A stretch of 64,000 nt of DNA. It comes from an uncultured Pseudomonadales bacterium. GTDB taxonomy: Bacteria > Patescibacteriota > Microgenomatia > UBA1400 > UBA1396. The notes beneath the pieces were generated by a model. That model saw nothing but the letters and a program-made list of their open reading frames with translations. It was not told the origin of the DNA and ran no database searches. Positions 38,625 to 48,070 of this stretch are shown in pieces. Each line of letters opens with the position of its first letter. Positions within the stretch are counted from its first letter, which is position 1. The stretch is taken from assembly GCA_964603945.1 (NCBI GenBank), contig CAZRWP010000001.1, forward strand, positions 59,623-123,622, read 5' to 3'. Position numbers and translations under genes: made by a program.

Positions 38625-41600
38625 ATGGCTGATGAATGGCAATCCTATCTTGAACAGCTGAAGTTTGATCGCGCCTGGCTGAAAGGTTGGGTGGCTAGCT
38701 ATTTGACCAATGTTCGTCTGATGATCATGTTTATTTTGGCTGTGACCGCGGTTGGGGTTTGGGCATACCTAACCATGCCTCGCTCTCTCAATCCGGAAGT
38801 TGAACTGCCAATCGTAACGGTTGGAACCGCTTTTCCTGGTGCCTCGCCAGACAGTGTTGAAACTTTAGTGACCATACCAATTGAAAACGGCGTAAAAAAA
38901 GTTAAAGGACTTTCCACATATTCTTCAACTTCTCAGGAAGGATTTTCGCTTGTTTTTCTGGAATTTACTTCTGAAGTAAGTCCGCAGACAGCCCGCGACG
39001 AGGTTCGTGCTGTAGTTGACCAAATTACTCTGCCAGATGACGCCATGGATCCGCAAATTCAAGAGCTGGATTTTGAAGATATTCCAGTTTGGACCTTCGC
39101 TTTAATTAAGAAAAGTAATAGTGATACCGCAAGTTTGATGCGATTATCGGAGACAATCCAAGCTGAGCTTGAGAGTATGGCCATGGTTGATCGAGTTGAG
39201 CTAAGTGGATTTGATCGTCAGGAAATTCAAGTCTTGATCGACCCGACCACCATAAAAGAGCGCCAACTTGACCCTATGTCTTTAGCGGGAAGTTTGCGTA
39301 CTTCACTCCTATCATTTCCCGGCGGCTTAGTCTATACCGATAGAAATCAACTATCACTTGGCATGAATGCTTCTGCAGACAACTTAACCGACCTGCGAGA
39401 ACTGCCGTTAGCCATTAATGGCCAGACCTATCGCCTGGGTCAAATTGCTACCGTGATGGAAAGGTCCGTCCCTGGCCAACAACCGACTTTAATTGCCACT
39501 CCGAATTCTCCGCCCCAAAATGCTGTCCAGTTTTCTGCCTACCGAACTAAAACTACGCAGTTTGATGAAGCCGCAAAAGCTATGGAAGCCAAAGTAAATG
39601 AGCTTGTTGAACCATATCAGGACGGCTACGAAGTGGTTACGATCGCCAATTACAACAATGACATTGATATTCAGTTTGGCGACTTAGTTGATAATTTTTG
39701 GCAAACTCTGGCCTTGGTCGCTGGCACGATGTTCCTAATTTACGGACTGCGTCAGGCCACGGTCGCTTCACTAGCGATCCCCTTTCCTCTGCTAATTACG
39801 TTTGCCGTGATGGTGGTTATGGGCATATCGCTCAACTTCCTGTCAATTTTTTCTCTTCTAATTGCCCTAGGTTTATTTGTTGATAATGCCGTGGTTATTA
39901 TTGAAGGCTTTTCATCTTATTATCGTTCTGGCAAGTTCACGCCGCTCCAAACAGCTATACTTGTCTGGCGAGATTTTTCCATTCCCCTGATTTCGATCAA
40001 CTTAGTTACAGTCTGGGCATTTTTACCGCTGTTACTGTCCCAAGGCATTATTGGTGAATTCATCCGGCCACTGCCAATCATTGTGTCGGCGTCTATGTTT
40101 GCCTCAGTATTAATTGCCTTACTTTTCACTCTGCCTTCGATGATGCTATTAGCCAATCCCGCTTTGCCCAAACGGGTCAAGTATTTAATCAACGTTTTAT
40201 TTGGTCTAGTAATTTTGGCGGCTGGCTGGCTAGTAATCCCCAGCTCGCCATTAAAAATTCCAACCTTTTTCGTATTTATTTTGTTGTTGGCAGTCTTGCT
40301 TGGCTACCGCGGCCACTTATCTAATCTTTGGCAAAATACTAAAAATAGGTTTGCCTGGTCAGGAAAAATTGAGAGCTTTTTCCGGCGAATTCTAGATCAG
40401 GGATTGATCGATCTCAGACCAATATCTGCCTGGTATAGACGACAGATTATTAAACTGATGGCCACGCGCAGTGCCCGCCTAAAAACGCTGGCGTTTGTGT
40501 TGATATTTACATTGGCTACCTATTTATTACTGCCACTTGGATTTATTCGCAATGAATTTTTCCCTAACATGGACATGGATCAGCTATTTGTCTATGTTGA
40601 GCTTCCCCTGGGAACACGGGCTGATTTAACCTCAGCAGAAATGCAGTCTCTATTAGATGATGTTAGACAAACTCCAGGCACACGTCTGGCGGTGGGACAA
40701 GTGGGTCAAGGCGGCGGTGGCAATGTTCTAACTAACGCTGGCGGCGGACCAAACACTATTACCATTACTTTATTGCTTGAGCCAGCCGAGCAGCGAGAAC
40801 TCAGCTCTATGGAAATCGCTCAGCAGTTGCGCGATAAATATATTGACTATACTAATGGTAATTTACAGATTCAGGAGCTATCCGCTGGACCGCCTGCCGG
40901 CGCCGATGTCCAACTGACCATTCTCGGCGAAGACCTTAACATCATTGAAGGTTATGTCACCCAGCTGGAGGAGTATTTAAATCAGCAAGAAGGTGTGACC
41001 AACGTTAATAAGTCAGTAAAACCAGGGGCAAGTAAACTGACCTTTGAACCGGATCTGGACCAACTCCAGTCGCGCAATCTTAGCGAATCGCAGGTCGGCT
41101 ACTGGCTAAGACTTTTGGGCAGTGGAACAAATCTAGCCACGGCTCGGTTTGGCAATGACGAACAAGATATTACTCTACGCTTTTCACCTGAAATTGCCCA
41201 AGCTGGCGACATTAACCAGTTGGAAATTCCCGGACCACAAGGCTACACACCTTTAGCCCTACTCGGCAATCTGAAATTGGAACAAAATCCCACCGTAATT
41301 GCCCGAGAAAACGGTCAACGGAGTATGTCGGTAACCGCTGAGGTTTTAGACGGTTATTCTGTTTCTCTAATCAACCAGGAACTGCAAAACTACGCCGATT
41401 CACAGCTGGATTTCCCGCAGGGTTACAGCTGGAAAACCGGAGGCGTTAATGAGGAAAACGCGGAGTCTGTTGAGTCGACTCTTCAAGCCATGGCCATTTC
41501 TGCGATCTTAATTTTGATTTCGATGGTGGTTCAACTAAAATCTTTCCGTAAAGCTATTCTGGTTATGCTTGTAATTCCGCTGGCTATTTCCGGTGTTTTC

Positions 41601-41978
41601 TTCTGGTTTGCCGTAACTAACACGCCGCTCTCCTATCCAGCCTTAATTGGCCTTTTATCACTCTTTGGCATTGTGGTGGCCAACTCAATTGTTTTGGTTG
41701 ACAAAATTAATCAAAACTTGGAGGCCGGCTTAATTCAGCGGGACGCCATTGTTGACGCCGCCGCCAGCCGTCTGGAACCGATCGCCTTGACGTCCTTTGC
41801 TTCGATTGTCGGCCTAATCCCTATTACCCTAGCCGATCCACTTTGGCGTGGTTTGGGTGGTTCAATCATTGCAGGTCTATCATTTTCGGGAACTTTGATG
41901 CTCTTTTTCATTCCGGTGGTATATTATTATTTTTTCCCACAAGACCAGGGAAACGTTAAAAGTAAAAAGCGCCGATAA
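38625..41978 (+). CDS. Efflux RND transporter permease (AcrB/HAE family), 1117 aa
   Basis: 12-TM architecture with two large extracytoplasmic loops, 'AVGVWAYLTMP..LP..P.V.V.T..PGASP..VE' N-terminus typical of AcrB. Confidence 0.85.
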   Translation: MADEWQSYLEQLKFDRAWLKGWVASYLTNVRLMIMFILAVTAVGVWAYLTMPRSLNPEVELPIVTVGTAFPGASPDSVETLVTIPIENGVKKVKGLSTYSSTSQEGFSLVFLEFTSEVSPQTARDEVRAVVDQITLPDDAMDPQIQELDFEDIPVWTFALIKKSNSDTASLMRLSETIQAELESMAMVDRVELSGFDRQEIQVLIDPTTIKERQLDPMSLAGSLRTSLLSFPGGLVYTDRNQLSLGMNASADNLTDLRELPLAINGQTYRLGQIATVMERSVPGQQPTLIATPNSPPQNAVQFSAYRTKTTQFDEAAKAMEAKVNELVEPYQDGYEVVTIANYNNDIDIQFGDLVDNFWQTLALVAGTMFLIYGLRQATVASLAIPFPLLITFAVMVVMGISLNFLSIFSLLIALGLFVDNAVVIIEGFSSYYRSGKFTPLQTAILVWRDFSIPLISINLVTVWAFLPLLLSQGIIGEFIRPLPIIVSASMFASVLIALLFTLPSMMLLANPALPKRVKYLINVLFGLVILAAGWLVIPSSPLKIPTFFVFILLLAVLLGYRGHLSNLWQNTKNRFAWSGKIESFFRRILDQGLIDLRPISAWYRRQIIKLMATRSARLKTLAFVLIFTLATYLLLPLGFIRNEFFPNMDMDQLFVYVELPLGTRADLTSAEMQSLLDDVRQTPGTRLAVGQVGQGGGGNVLTNAGGGPNTITITLLLEPAEQRELSSMEIAQQLRDKYIDYTNGNLQIQELSAGPPAGADVQLTILGEDLNIIEGYVTQLEEYLNQQEGVTNVNKSVKPGASKLTFEPDLDQLQSRNLSESQVGYWLRLLGSGTNLATARFGNDEQDITLRFSPEIAQAGDINQLEIPGPQGYTPLALLGNLKLEQNPTVIARENGQRSMSVTAEVLDGYSVSLINQELQNYADSQLDFPQGYSWKTGGVNEENAESVESTLQAMAISAILILISMVVQLKSFRKAILVMLVIPLAISGVFFWFAVTNTPLSYPALIGLLSLFGIVVANSIVLVDKINQNLEAGLIQRDAIVDAAASRLEPIALTSFASIVGLIPITLADPLWRGLGGSIIAGLSFSGTLMLFFIPVVYYYFFPQDQGNVKSKKRR

Positions 41979-41981
41979 AAT

Positions 41982-42305
41982 CTAATCAGAACCCTGCCAA
42001 ATCTCGGAAATCTGTTCAGCCAAATTAAAATCAAGCTCAGTCAGACCGCCAACCGAGTGGGTCGTCAAACTAACAGTAACCTGACGATAATCATGCAGTA
42101 ACAAATCAGGATGATGGTTTTGGGATTCCGCAATAATGGCAATTTTATTAATAAATTTAATGGCCTCTGAAAAATCTTCTAGCTGAAAATCGCGCCACAA
42201 CTGCATTGCGTCTGTCTGATCAATCTGCCACCCCGGGCTCAATTTTTCCAGCAATTTAAATGCCTGTGTCTCATCAATTGGTACATTAGACTTTTTATTT
42301 GTCAT
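41982..42305 (-). CDS. Pterin-4a-carbinolamine dehydratase (PCD/DCoH)
   Basis: 'ESQNHHPDLLLHDYRQVTVSLTTHSVGGLTELDF' E-x-x-NHHP signature. Confidence 0.8.
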   Translation of the reverse strand: MTNKKSNVPIDETQAFKLLEKLSPGWQIDQTDAMQLWRDFQLEDFSEAIKFINKIAIIAESQNHHPDLLLHDYRQVTVSLTTHSVGGLTELDFNLAEQISEIWQGSD

Positions 42306-42398
42306 AACTGAGTTTTTTTGCTCGTTTCTTAAATAATTCTAGCTGATGGCAGTAAGTTACAAGTAAGAGGAAAAACTGGCAAATATTTTAAACAGTAT

Positions 42399-42668
42399 TT
42401 AGATGCTTTCTCCAGCTATCAGCTCTTGTTTTTGCTGTCTGGATAATTTTTTGATTTCGGCTTCTAAATGCTGTGCCACGGAACGATCAGGTGCCTCCAA
42501 CTGATATTTTAGTTTTACCGGCAGACGCACTTTGGTATATTTTGCTCCGCTACCCTGATTGTGGGCGAGTATTCTCTGCTCTAAATCTTTGGCACAACCG
42601 GTATATAAGGTGCCGTCAGCGCATTCAACTATGTAAACCCACCAATTCTCTGCCTGTGCTGACTTCAT
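42399..42668 (-). CDS. GIY-YIG nuclease family protein (YhbQ/UPF0213-like)
   Basis: 'WWVYIVECADGTLYTGCAKDLEQRILAHNQG' GIY-YIG motifs; start taken at MKSAQ (ORF-track start would overlap greA start). Confidence 0.7.
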   Translation of the reverse strand: MKSAQAENWWVYIVECADGTLYTGCAKDLEQRILAHNQGSGAKYTKVRLPVKLKYQLEAPDRSVAQHLEAEIKKLSRQQKQELIAGESI

Positions 42669-42697
42669 CCTAATAGTGTAAACTTCCCTAGACTGAT

Positions 42698-43201
42698 ATG
42701 ACAAATAATCTCTTCAAGAAAAAACGAGCTAATTGGCCTACCAAAGCGGAAGACTCCATACCTTTGACTGCCGATACGATTGCGGCGCTAAAACGCGAGC
42801 AAGCTGAATTGCTGCGCGAACAAGACGAAGTCATTGAGCGTCTCAAGGTAGCCAGAGAAATGGGTGATCTTTCCGAAAACGGCGCTTATAAGTATGCCAA
42901 GTTTGAATTAGGTCGAGTTCGCCGTCGTCTAGGTGAGGTAAATAAACTTCTCAAGTTAGGCGTGGTTATTCAGAAGCAGAAAAACGGCCAGGCTGGCTTT
43001 GGCAATCAAGTGACTGTCAAGAATGAGCAAGGCGAACGAAGTTTCCTATTGGTTAGCGAGCATGAATCCGACCCCGTTAAAGGAAAGCTCTCCGATAAAA
43101 GTCCGCTTGGGTCGGCAGTTTTTGGTCGATCAATTGGTGAAACTGTTCAGGTCGAACTGCCTGGAGGGCGAACACAGTTTGAAATCACTGCCATTACCTA
43201 G
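42698..43201 (+). CDS. greA: Transcription elongation factor GreA
   Basis: 'AREMGDLSENGAYKYAKFE' acidic finger tip and FKBP-like C-terminal domain; ~20-aa basic N-terminal extension. Confidence 0.85.
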   Translation: MTNNLFKKKRANWPTKAEDSIPLTADTIAALKREQAELLREQDEVIERLKVAREMGDLSENGAYKYAKFELGRVRRRLGEVNKLLKLGVVIQKQKNGQAGFGNQVTVKNEQGERSFLLVSEHESDPVKGKLSDKSPLGSAVFGRSIGETVQVELPGGRTQFEITAIT

Positions 43202-43247
43202 CTATCATTAAATTGAAACAAATTAGAATATCAATTAGAAAGATGGC

Positions 43248-43541
43248 ATGAATTTGACTTTAGTTAAACTTTTTCAATGGGCTAAGACTTTACACCGCAC
43301 AGCTTTGTTTGGCATGGTTATCTTGAGCCTTTTGATGGGTGCCACCGGCAGTATCATGCGCTTTCCGGTAACCGCAGACCGACTACTTAATCCCAACTTT
43401 CAACTTGTACGCTCATTGCACAGTCAACTCAGCCCATATTTTTCAATATTTTTGATTTTGATGATGGTGTCAGGTCTATATATGTACTTTTTTCCCTGGT
43501 ACACCAAGCGCCAAGCTTCTAAAAAACAAAAAACTAGTTAA
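43248..43541 (+). CDS. hypothetical small membrane protein
   Basis: 97 aa, 2-3 predicted TM helices. Confidence 0.35.
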   Translation: MNLTLVKLFQWAKTLHRTALFGMVILSLLMGATGSIMRFPVTADRLLNPNFQLVRSLHSQLSPYFSIFLILMMVSGLYMYFFPWYTKRQASKKQKTS

Positions 43542-43576
43542 AAATTAGCATTTTCAGAATTTAGGCTGGCAAATAA

Positions 43577-44227
43577 TTAAACATTTTCAGTTAGATTAAA
43601 ACAGCGGATAGTTTTACCACCTGGCCGTTTACCTAAGTAAAATTGAAAGTTGGGATTATCAGCACGTTTAGTTAACTCCTGAGTCAAACTTTTGTACGTA
43701 TATTTGCGCAACCAGCGACCATACCGGCAGAAATCCACTTGGGTATAGTTCCAATTTTCATCAATCTGATTGCATATTATTAGTGGCGCCTCAATCTCAC
43801 AGCTAGTATCCACCACCCAATCTATTAGTTCTTTGGCCGGAGCATGAGCCGGATGCTCAAGCCGGCGCCAGCCATAAAGAAGTTTGGAGTTTGGCCAGAT
43901 ATTTAAGTAAAGCCAGTAGGTGGATTTCATCAGCAGTTGATCCAAGTGCCGACGAACCCAGCGATACACAAAAATAGATGCGCCAATAGTAAATTCCAAA
44001 ATAAATAATAGATCCTGACGAAGTTCTTCTTCTGAATCAATCGCCGGAGGGGACGGAGGAGCTTCTTCTTTTTGTGTTCTTTCTTTATTTTTAATTGGAT
44101 GTTTCTTCAGCCAAGCTTGACAGTAACTATTTAATATCAAGAACGCTCTTACTGGAATGGCAATGAAAACTACAACTATAACTAAAGGCAGTATCATAAT
44201 TACAATTTCTTCTACCATTACCCTCAA
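43577..44227 (-). CDS. hypothetical membrane-anchored protein
   Basis: N-terminal TM helix (ILPLVIVVVFIAIPV), no recognisable domain. Confidence 0.4.
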   Translation of the reverse strand: MRVMVEEIVIMILPLVIVVVFIAIPVRAFLILNSYCQAWLKKHPIKNKERTQKEEAPPSPPAIDSEEELRQDLLFILEFTIGASIFVYRWVRRHLDQLLMKSTYWLYLNIWPNSKLLYGWRRLEHPAHAPAKELIDWVVDTSCEIEAPLIICNQIDENWNYTQVDFCRYGRWLRKYTYKSLTQELTKRADNPNFQFYLGKRPGGKTIRCFNLTENV

Positions 44228-44297
44228 TATACAGTCTGTAGAATTTTTGCCAAGTGATCTGCTTGGCAGATCTGGATTTAATCTCTACCATTAAGCT

Positions 44298-46115
44298 ATG
44301 ACCAAAATACAGCAGATTATTCGCCAGTATTGGCCTTACTTGCTGCTTATTATTTTGGGATTACTAGTTTACGCTAGTTCATTGGGTAATGAATTCGTCT
44401 GGGACGATGAAGAACAGATTGTTCTCAACCAAGCAGTTCACTCCTTAAATAACTGGGGCGAATTCTTTAAAAGTTCCACCTTTAACGCCGGCGGTGGCGC
44501 CAAGGCAGGTGGCCTTTACTACAAACCGCTGATGACCCTCTCCTACGCCTGGCTTTATACCCTGTCCTCCGGTCGCGCCAGCTGGTTCCACGCGTTTCAA
44601 GTAATTTTGCATTTAACAAACAGCTGTTTACTTTTGTCTCTGTTTTATTGGTTAATCAAGAACAAATACTGGCCTTGGCCTGAAAAAGCCAATAATCAGC
44701 TAAAGACTATTCTCCCTTGGTTTTTGGCGGCTGTCTGGTTGCTTCATCCCATAAATGTTGAGTCAGTGGCCTATATTGCTAGTCTGCAGGATGTTCAATC
44801 ATTTACTTGGGGAATGCTGGCTTTGCATTTTAGTCTGCGCGCCCCGATGCGCTGGTGGCGCTACCTGCTGACCGGTCTACTGCTATTGGCCGCCGTTCTT
44901 TCCAAAGAAACCGGCGCACTGTTTATTCCGCTGGTGTGGCTAGGAACAACACTCTGGCCTAATCTTGCCAAATCTTCTACTCCATCTTCCGCCGAATCTC
45001 CTAAAAAAAGTAGCAGTCGCCAGCTACGCCTAGCCAAGGAATCAGAACTTATTTACGGCGGACTACTTTCCTTTGTAGTAGTGCTCTTTTATACCTGGCT
45101 GAGATTTGGCTATGCCCAGCTCGGTTTGCAAAGCCATGGGCTGTCGCCGATTACCAGAATTTCCTTATTGGAACGACTGATGAGTGTGCCTAAAATAATT
45201 TGGTTTTATCTAAGAACCTTTATTTGGCCTGACCAACTAACAATTGCTCAGCACTGGCACGTTGAATCTTTGAGTTTGACTGAATTTTGGTTACCTCTAA
45301 TCACTGTCTTACTTTTAGCTGTTATTTTTGCCTGGCTTACCTACCAGCAAATCAGTAAAAAAAATTGGGTTTGGCTATTTTTTATCGTTTGGTTTGGCTT
45401 AGGAATGGGGCTTCACTTACAGATATTTCCCCTAGACATGACAGTGGCCGATCGCTGGTTTTACTTTCCCATGGCTGGCTTACTAGGCATGCTTGGTGTT
45501 TGGCTAACTCCCTGGATCAGCACACAGCTAACCACTTGGAAAAATTATGCTCTGGTCATAGGCGCGATAGTCGTTTTAGCTTTACTAGGCGCCCGTAGCT
45601 GGATGAGAATTCAGAACTGGCAAGACAGTCTGTCTTTATACAGCCAAGATATCCAAGCAAATCCAGATGCCTTTGACTTGAGTAATAACTACGGCGTTGC
45701 CCTTTTCCGCGCTGGTGATGATCAAGCCGCACTAAATGCCTTTAAGCATTCGGTTGAGGTGGCGCCACACTGGTGGACTAACTGGAATAATTACGGCGTC
45801 TTGCTGGAACAGCAAGGCGCTACCGAATCCGCTCAGCAAGCCTATGCCAAGGCCGTGGAAAATGGGGAGTACTATCTGGCTTATGAGAATCTAGCAAAAA
45901 TTCTGCTCCAATCATCACCTGAATCGGCTCGCGAATTCACTGAATCTGCCTTGGAGAAATTGCCTTACAACTATACTTTATGGTTTGTCTACTTGTCGTC
46001 TTTAAATGAACTTGGCGAAACTGAGTTAGCATTGCCTTATGCCAAAACTCTAGCTGAACAAACTAGGGTTAAGGAATTTATTGAGCTTTATCAGTCAATG
46101 TTAGAAACGCCTTAA
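44298..46115 (+). CDS. TMTC-like GT-C glycosyltransferase (DUF1736/PMT_2-like membrane domain) with C-terminal TPR repeats
   Basis: N-terminal 'NEFVWDDEEQIVLNQ', 'YYKPL', 'SKETGALFIPL' motifs shared with 5596..7035 paralog; ~11 TM; C-terminal TPR-like repeats (AFKHSVEVAP.., AYAKAVENGEYY..). Confidence 0.6.
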   Translation: MTKIQQIIRQYWPYLLLIILGLLVYASSLGNEFVWDDEEQIVLNQAVHSLNNWGEFFKSSTFNAGGGAKAGGLYYKPLMTLSYAWLYTLSSGRASWFHAFQVILHLTNSCLLLSLFYWLIKNKYWPWPEKANNQLKTILPWFLAAVWLLHPINVESVAYIASLQDVQSFTWGMLALHFSLRAPMRWWRYLLTGLLLLAAVLSKETGALFIPLVWLGTTLWPNLAKSSTPSSAESPKKSSSRQLRLAKESELIYGGLLSFVVVLFYTWLRFGYAQLGLQSHGLSPITRISLLERLMSVPKIIWFYLRTFIWPDQLTIAQHWHVESLSLTEFWLPLITVLLLAVIFAWLTYQQISKKNWVWLFFIVWFGLGMGLHLQIFPLDMTVADRWFYFPMAGLLGMLGVWLTPWISTQLTTWKNYALVIGAIVVLALLGARSWMRIQNWQDSLSLYSQDIQANPDAFDLSNNYGVALFRAGDDQAALNAFKHSVEVAPHWWTNWNNYGVLLEQQGATESAQQAYAKAVENGEYYLAYENLAKILLQSSPESAREFTESALEKLPYNYTLWFVYLSSLNELGETELALPYAKTLAEQTRVKEFIELYQSMLETP

Positions 46116-47077
46116 CCAGCCAGACTGGTCATCAGCATTATCTCCACTACGACAAATCCTAGATATAGACATAGCAAAACGGCGCACTCTTTGCGTGAAA
46201 GATGATTGCGTGAACGAGCAAAAAAGTAAAATAAGATCAGGCCAATCGCTAAAAAGCTAAAGCGCTGGAGAAAGTGATTGGGCAATTGAATCGTTTCTCC
46301 GTACATCAGGGTGAAAATTCCAAATAAAAGTGAGTTCACACTGGCTGAGCCTAGGTAGTCCGCCAAAGCGATATCCTTTTTCTTACTTAAAACTGAGCGA
46401 ATAGCAATTGATATTTCAGGAATATTTGTACCAATCGCGACCACAATTAAACTGACAAAAAATGGTGAAATACTCAATATATCCGCAAAATAAATTGTAG
46501 AATTCACAATTTGATAACTAGCACCAATTAACAACAGCATGCCAACCAGAATCTTGAGTATCAACCCAGCTCCGCGTTTTTTCTTGCGGTTCATGATGTT
46601 TTTTGCCTTATCCAAATATGACTGCTTCATTGAAAAGGACAGCACCAAACCCAGATATAAAACTATTAAAAACATGCCTTCCCATTTTCCTAACTTCTGG
46701 TCTGCTGTCAAAAAGGCTGGTGCTACAACCACGATTAGTGTTGAAATTAGTTGTCTTTTATTAAGCTGAGAAGGAATCTTGATACCGTTACCCAAAACAC
46801 CCAGCAAAGGAATAACACCTAAAAACATCACAATAATGCCACCTAACAAATTGCCAGCCACAATCTGAGGATCGTCATTGGCAATTGACGCAATTCCGAT
46901 CGTCAGCTCCGGTAATGAAGTTAATAAACCCAAAAAGATGAACGAAATGATAAATCTGGGCAAGCGCCATGAATTAGATAATCCGGCGATGGTTGATACC
47001 ACCAAATCTGAGCCCAACCAAACCAACAAAAAACAGACCAAATAAATTATCAACTGGAGAATTAAGTTATCCATCAT
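46112..47077 (-). CDS. Ca2+/Na+ antiporter (CaCA family, YrbG-like)
   Basis: Two alpha-repeat regions 'GLLTSLPELTIGIASI' and 'GTNIPEISIAIRSV', ~10 TM. Confidence 0.7.
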   Translation of the reverse strand: MMDNLILQLIIYLVCFLLVWLGSDLVVSTIAGLSNSWRLPRFIISFIFLGLLTSLPELTIGIASIANDDPQIVAGNLLGGIIVMFLGVIPLLGVLGNGIKIPSQLNKRQLISTLIVVVAPAFLTADQKLGKWEGMFLIVLYLGLVLSFSMKQSYLDKAKNIMNRKKKRGAGLILKILVGMLLLIGASYQIVNSTIYFADILSISPFFVSLIVVAIGTNIPEISIAIRSVLSKKKDIALADYLGSASVNSLLFGIFTLMYGETIQLPNHFLQRFSFLAIGLILFYFFARSRNHLSRKECAVLLCLYLGFVVVEIMLMTSLAG

Positions 47078-47229
47078 GGCAGGTCGCTTTCAACCCTTAG
47101 TAAAGCATATCCAAGGCCATAATGAAAAGGTCAAGGTTATAACTGTATCTTAAGAAATTGTTTATAGCTAAAAACCAGCCAGCTGTATTAGCGGTAATCT
47201 TTAACTCCGACTAGAGTCCAGAGTTTGAC

Positions 47230-47952
47230 CTAGCAACCTAAGCTGGCACGGCATTGCTGTTGAGCTGAACCGGCGGGCAGTTGATCACAAATTCCACATT
47301 GATCCTCATCACCTTGAACCGGAGCTTGGTCTGTTGTAGGCATGAATTGCTCGCTCATATCCATGAATTGCACGTCAGCGGGTGGAGCAAAACTGTCGTC
47401 ATTGGGAATCCAGGGCCGGCAATTGAAATCAAACTCGGCTGAATCGTCGAAATTAAATTCATCTGAACTGGTATCTTCGGCTGAATCTTCGACTGTTTCC
47501 TCATCCTCGGCCAGGTCATCAACCAGCAAATCGTCGTCGTCGATGGTCATCTTTACACCTTGAGTCTGTCCATCTGTCCACATGTATTGAACATCACCAT
47601 CTCTAATAACATGAGTGACCATAACCCCCTCATTTGGCATGGTTGAGGAAAAGTTACCGCGGAAACGCGTCTCGCCACTGACAAATACCTCACCCTCAAT
47701 TAGTCCGCCATCTGGATCTGTTGATTGATAATCACACTGCGTGCTCGATCCGGCCATCATTAATTGGCGCAAACTACTGCGTTTGGTTTGTTCACCACTG
47801 ACTGAGTCAGCAGTCTCCTGAGAATTGTCCGCCGACTGTGAGTTGGTATTGACTGCTTCATCCGCCACCGAGCGATTCGACTGCCAATACCAGGCGCCAA
47901 CGGCACCGGCTAACAAAATAATGATTAGAGCAATCAGGAGATTTTTGTTCAT
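47230..47952 (-). CDS. Secreted/membrane-anchored acidic Cys-containing protein
   Basis: N-terminal TM/signal (LLIALIIILLAGAVGAW), D/E-rich central region, C-terminal Cys cluster 'CGICDQ..QQQCRASLGC'. Confidence 0.45.
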   Translation of the reverse strand: MNKNLLIALIIILLAGAVGAWYWQSNRSVADEAVNTNSQSADNSQETADSVSGEQTKRSSLRQLMMAGSSTQCDYQSTDPDGGLIEGEVFVSGETRFRGNFSSTMPNEGVMVTHVIRDGDVQYMWTDGQTQGVKMTIDDDDLLVDDLAEDEETVEDSAEDTSSDEFNFDDSAEFDFNCRPWIPNDDSFAPPADVQFMDMSEQFMPTTDQAPVQGDEDQCGICDQLPAGSAQQQCRASLGC

Positions 47953-48070
47953 ATATCAGAATTATAGGCGGGCTTATCAGCCGGCGCAAGATAGCAAATC
48001 GATCAAACCCTCTCTTAAATAATGGCTATTGTATCTAAGCCGATAATTATTTAGGCTCAGGGGGTACGAT

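Noticed and set aside
38699-40192. Small ORFs inside the RND permease gene (38699..38917 -, 39698..39883 +, 39920..40192 -)
   Set aside because: Embedded within the continuous 1117-aa AcrB-family reading frame; no independent signal.
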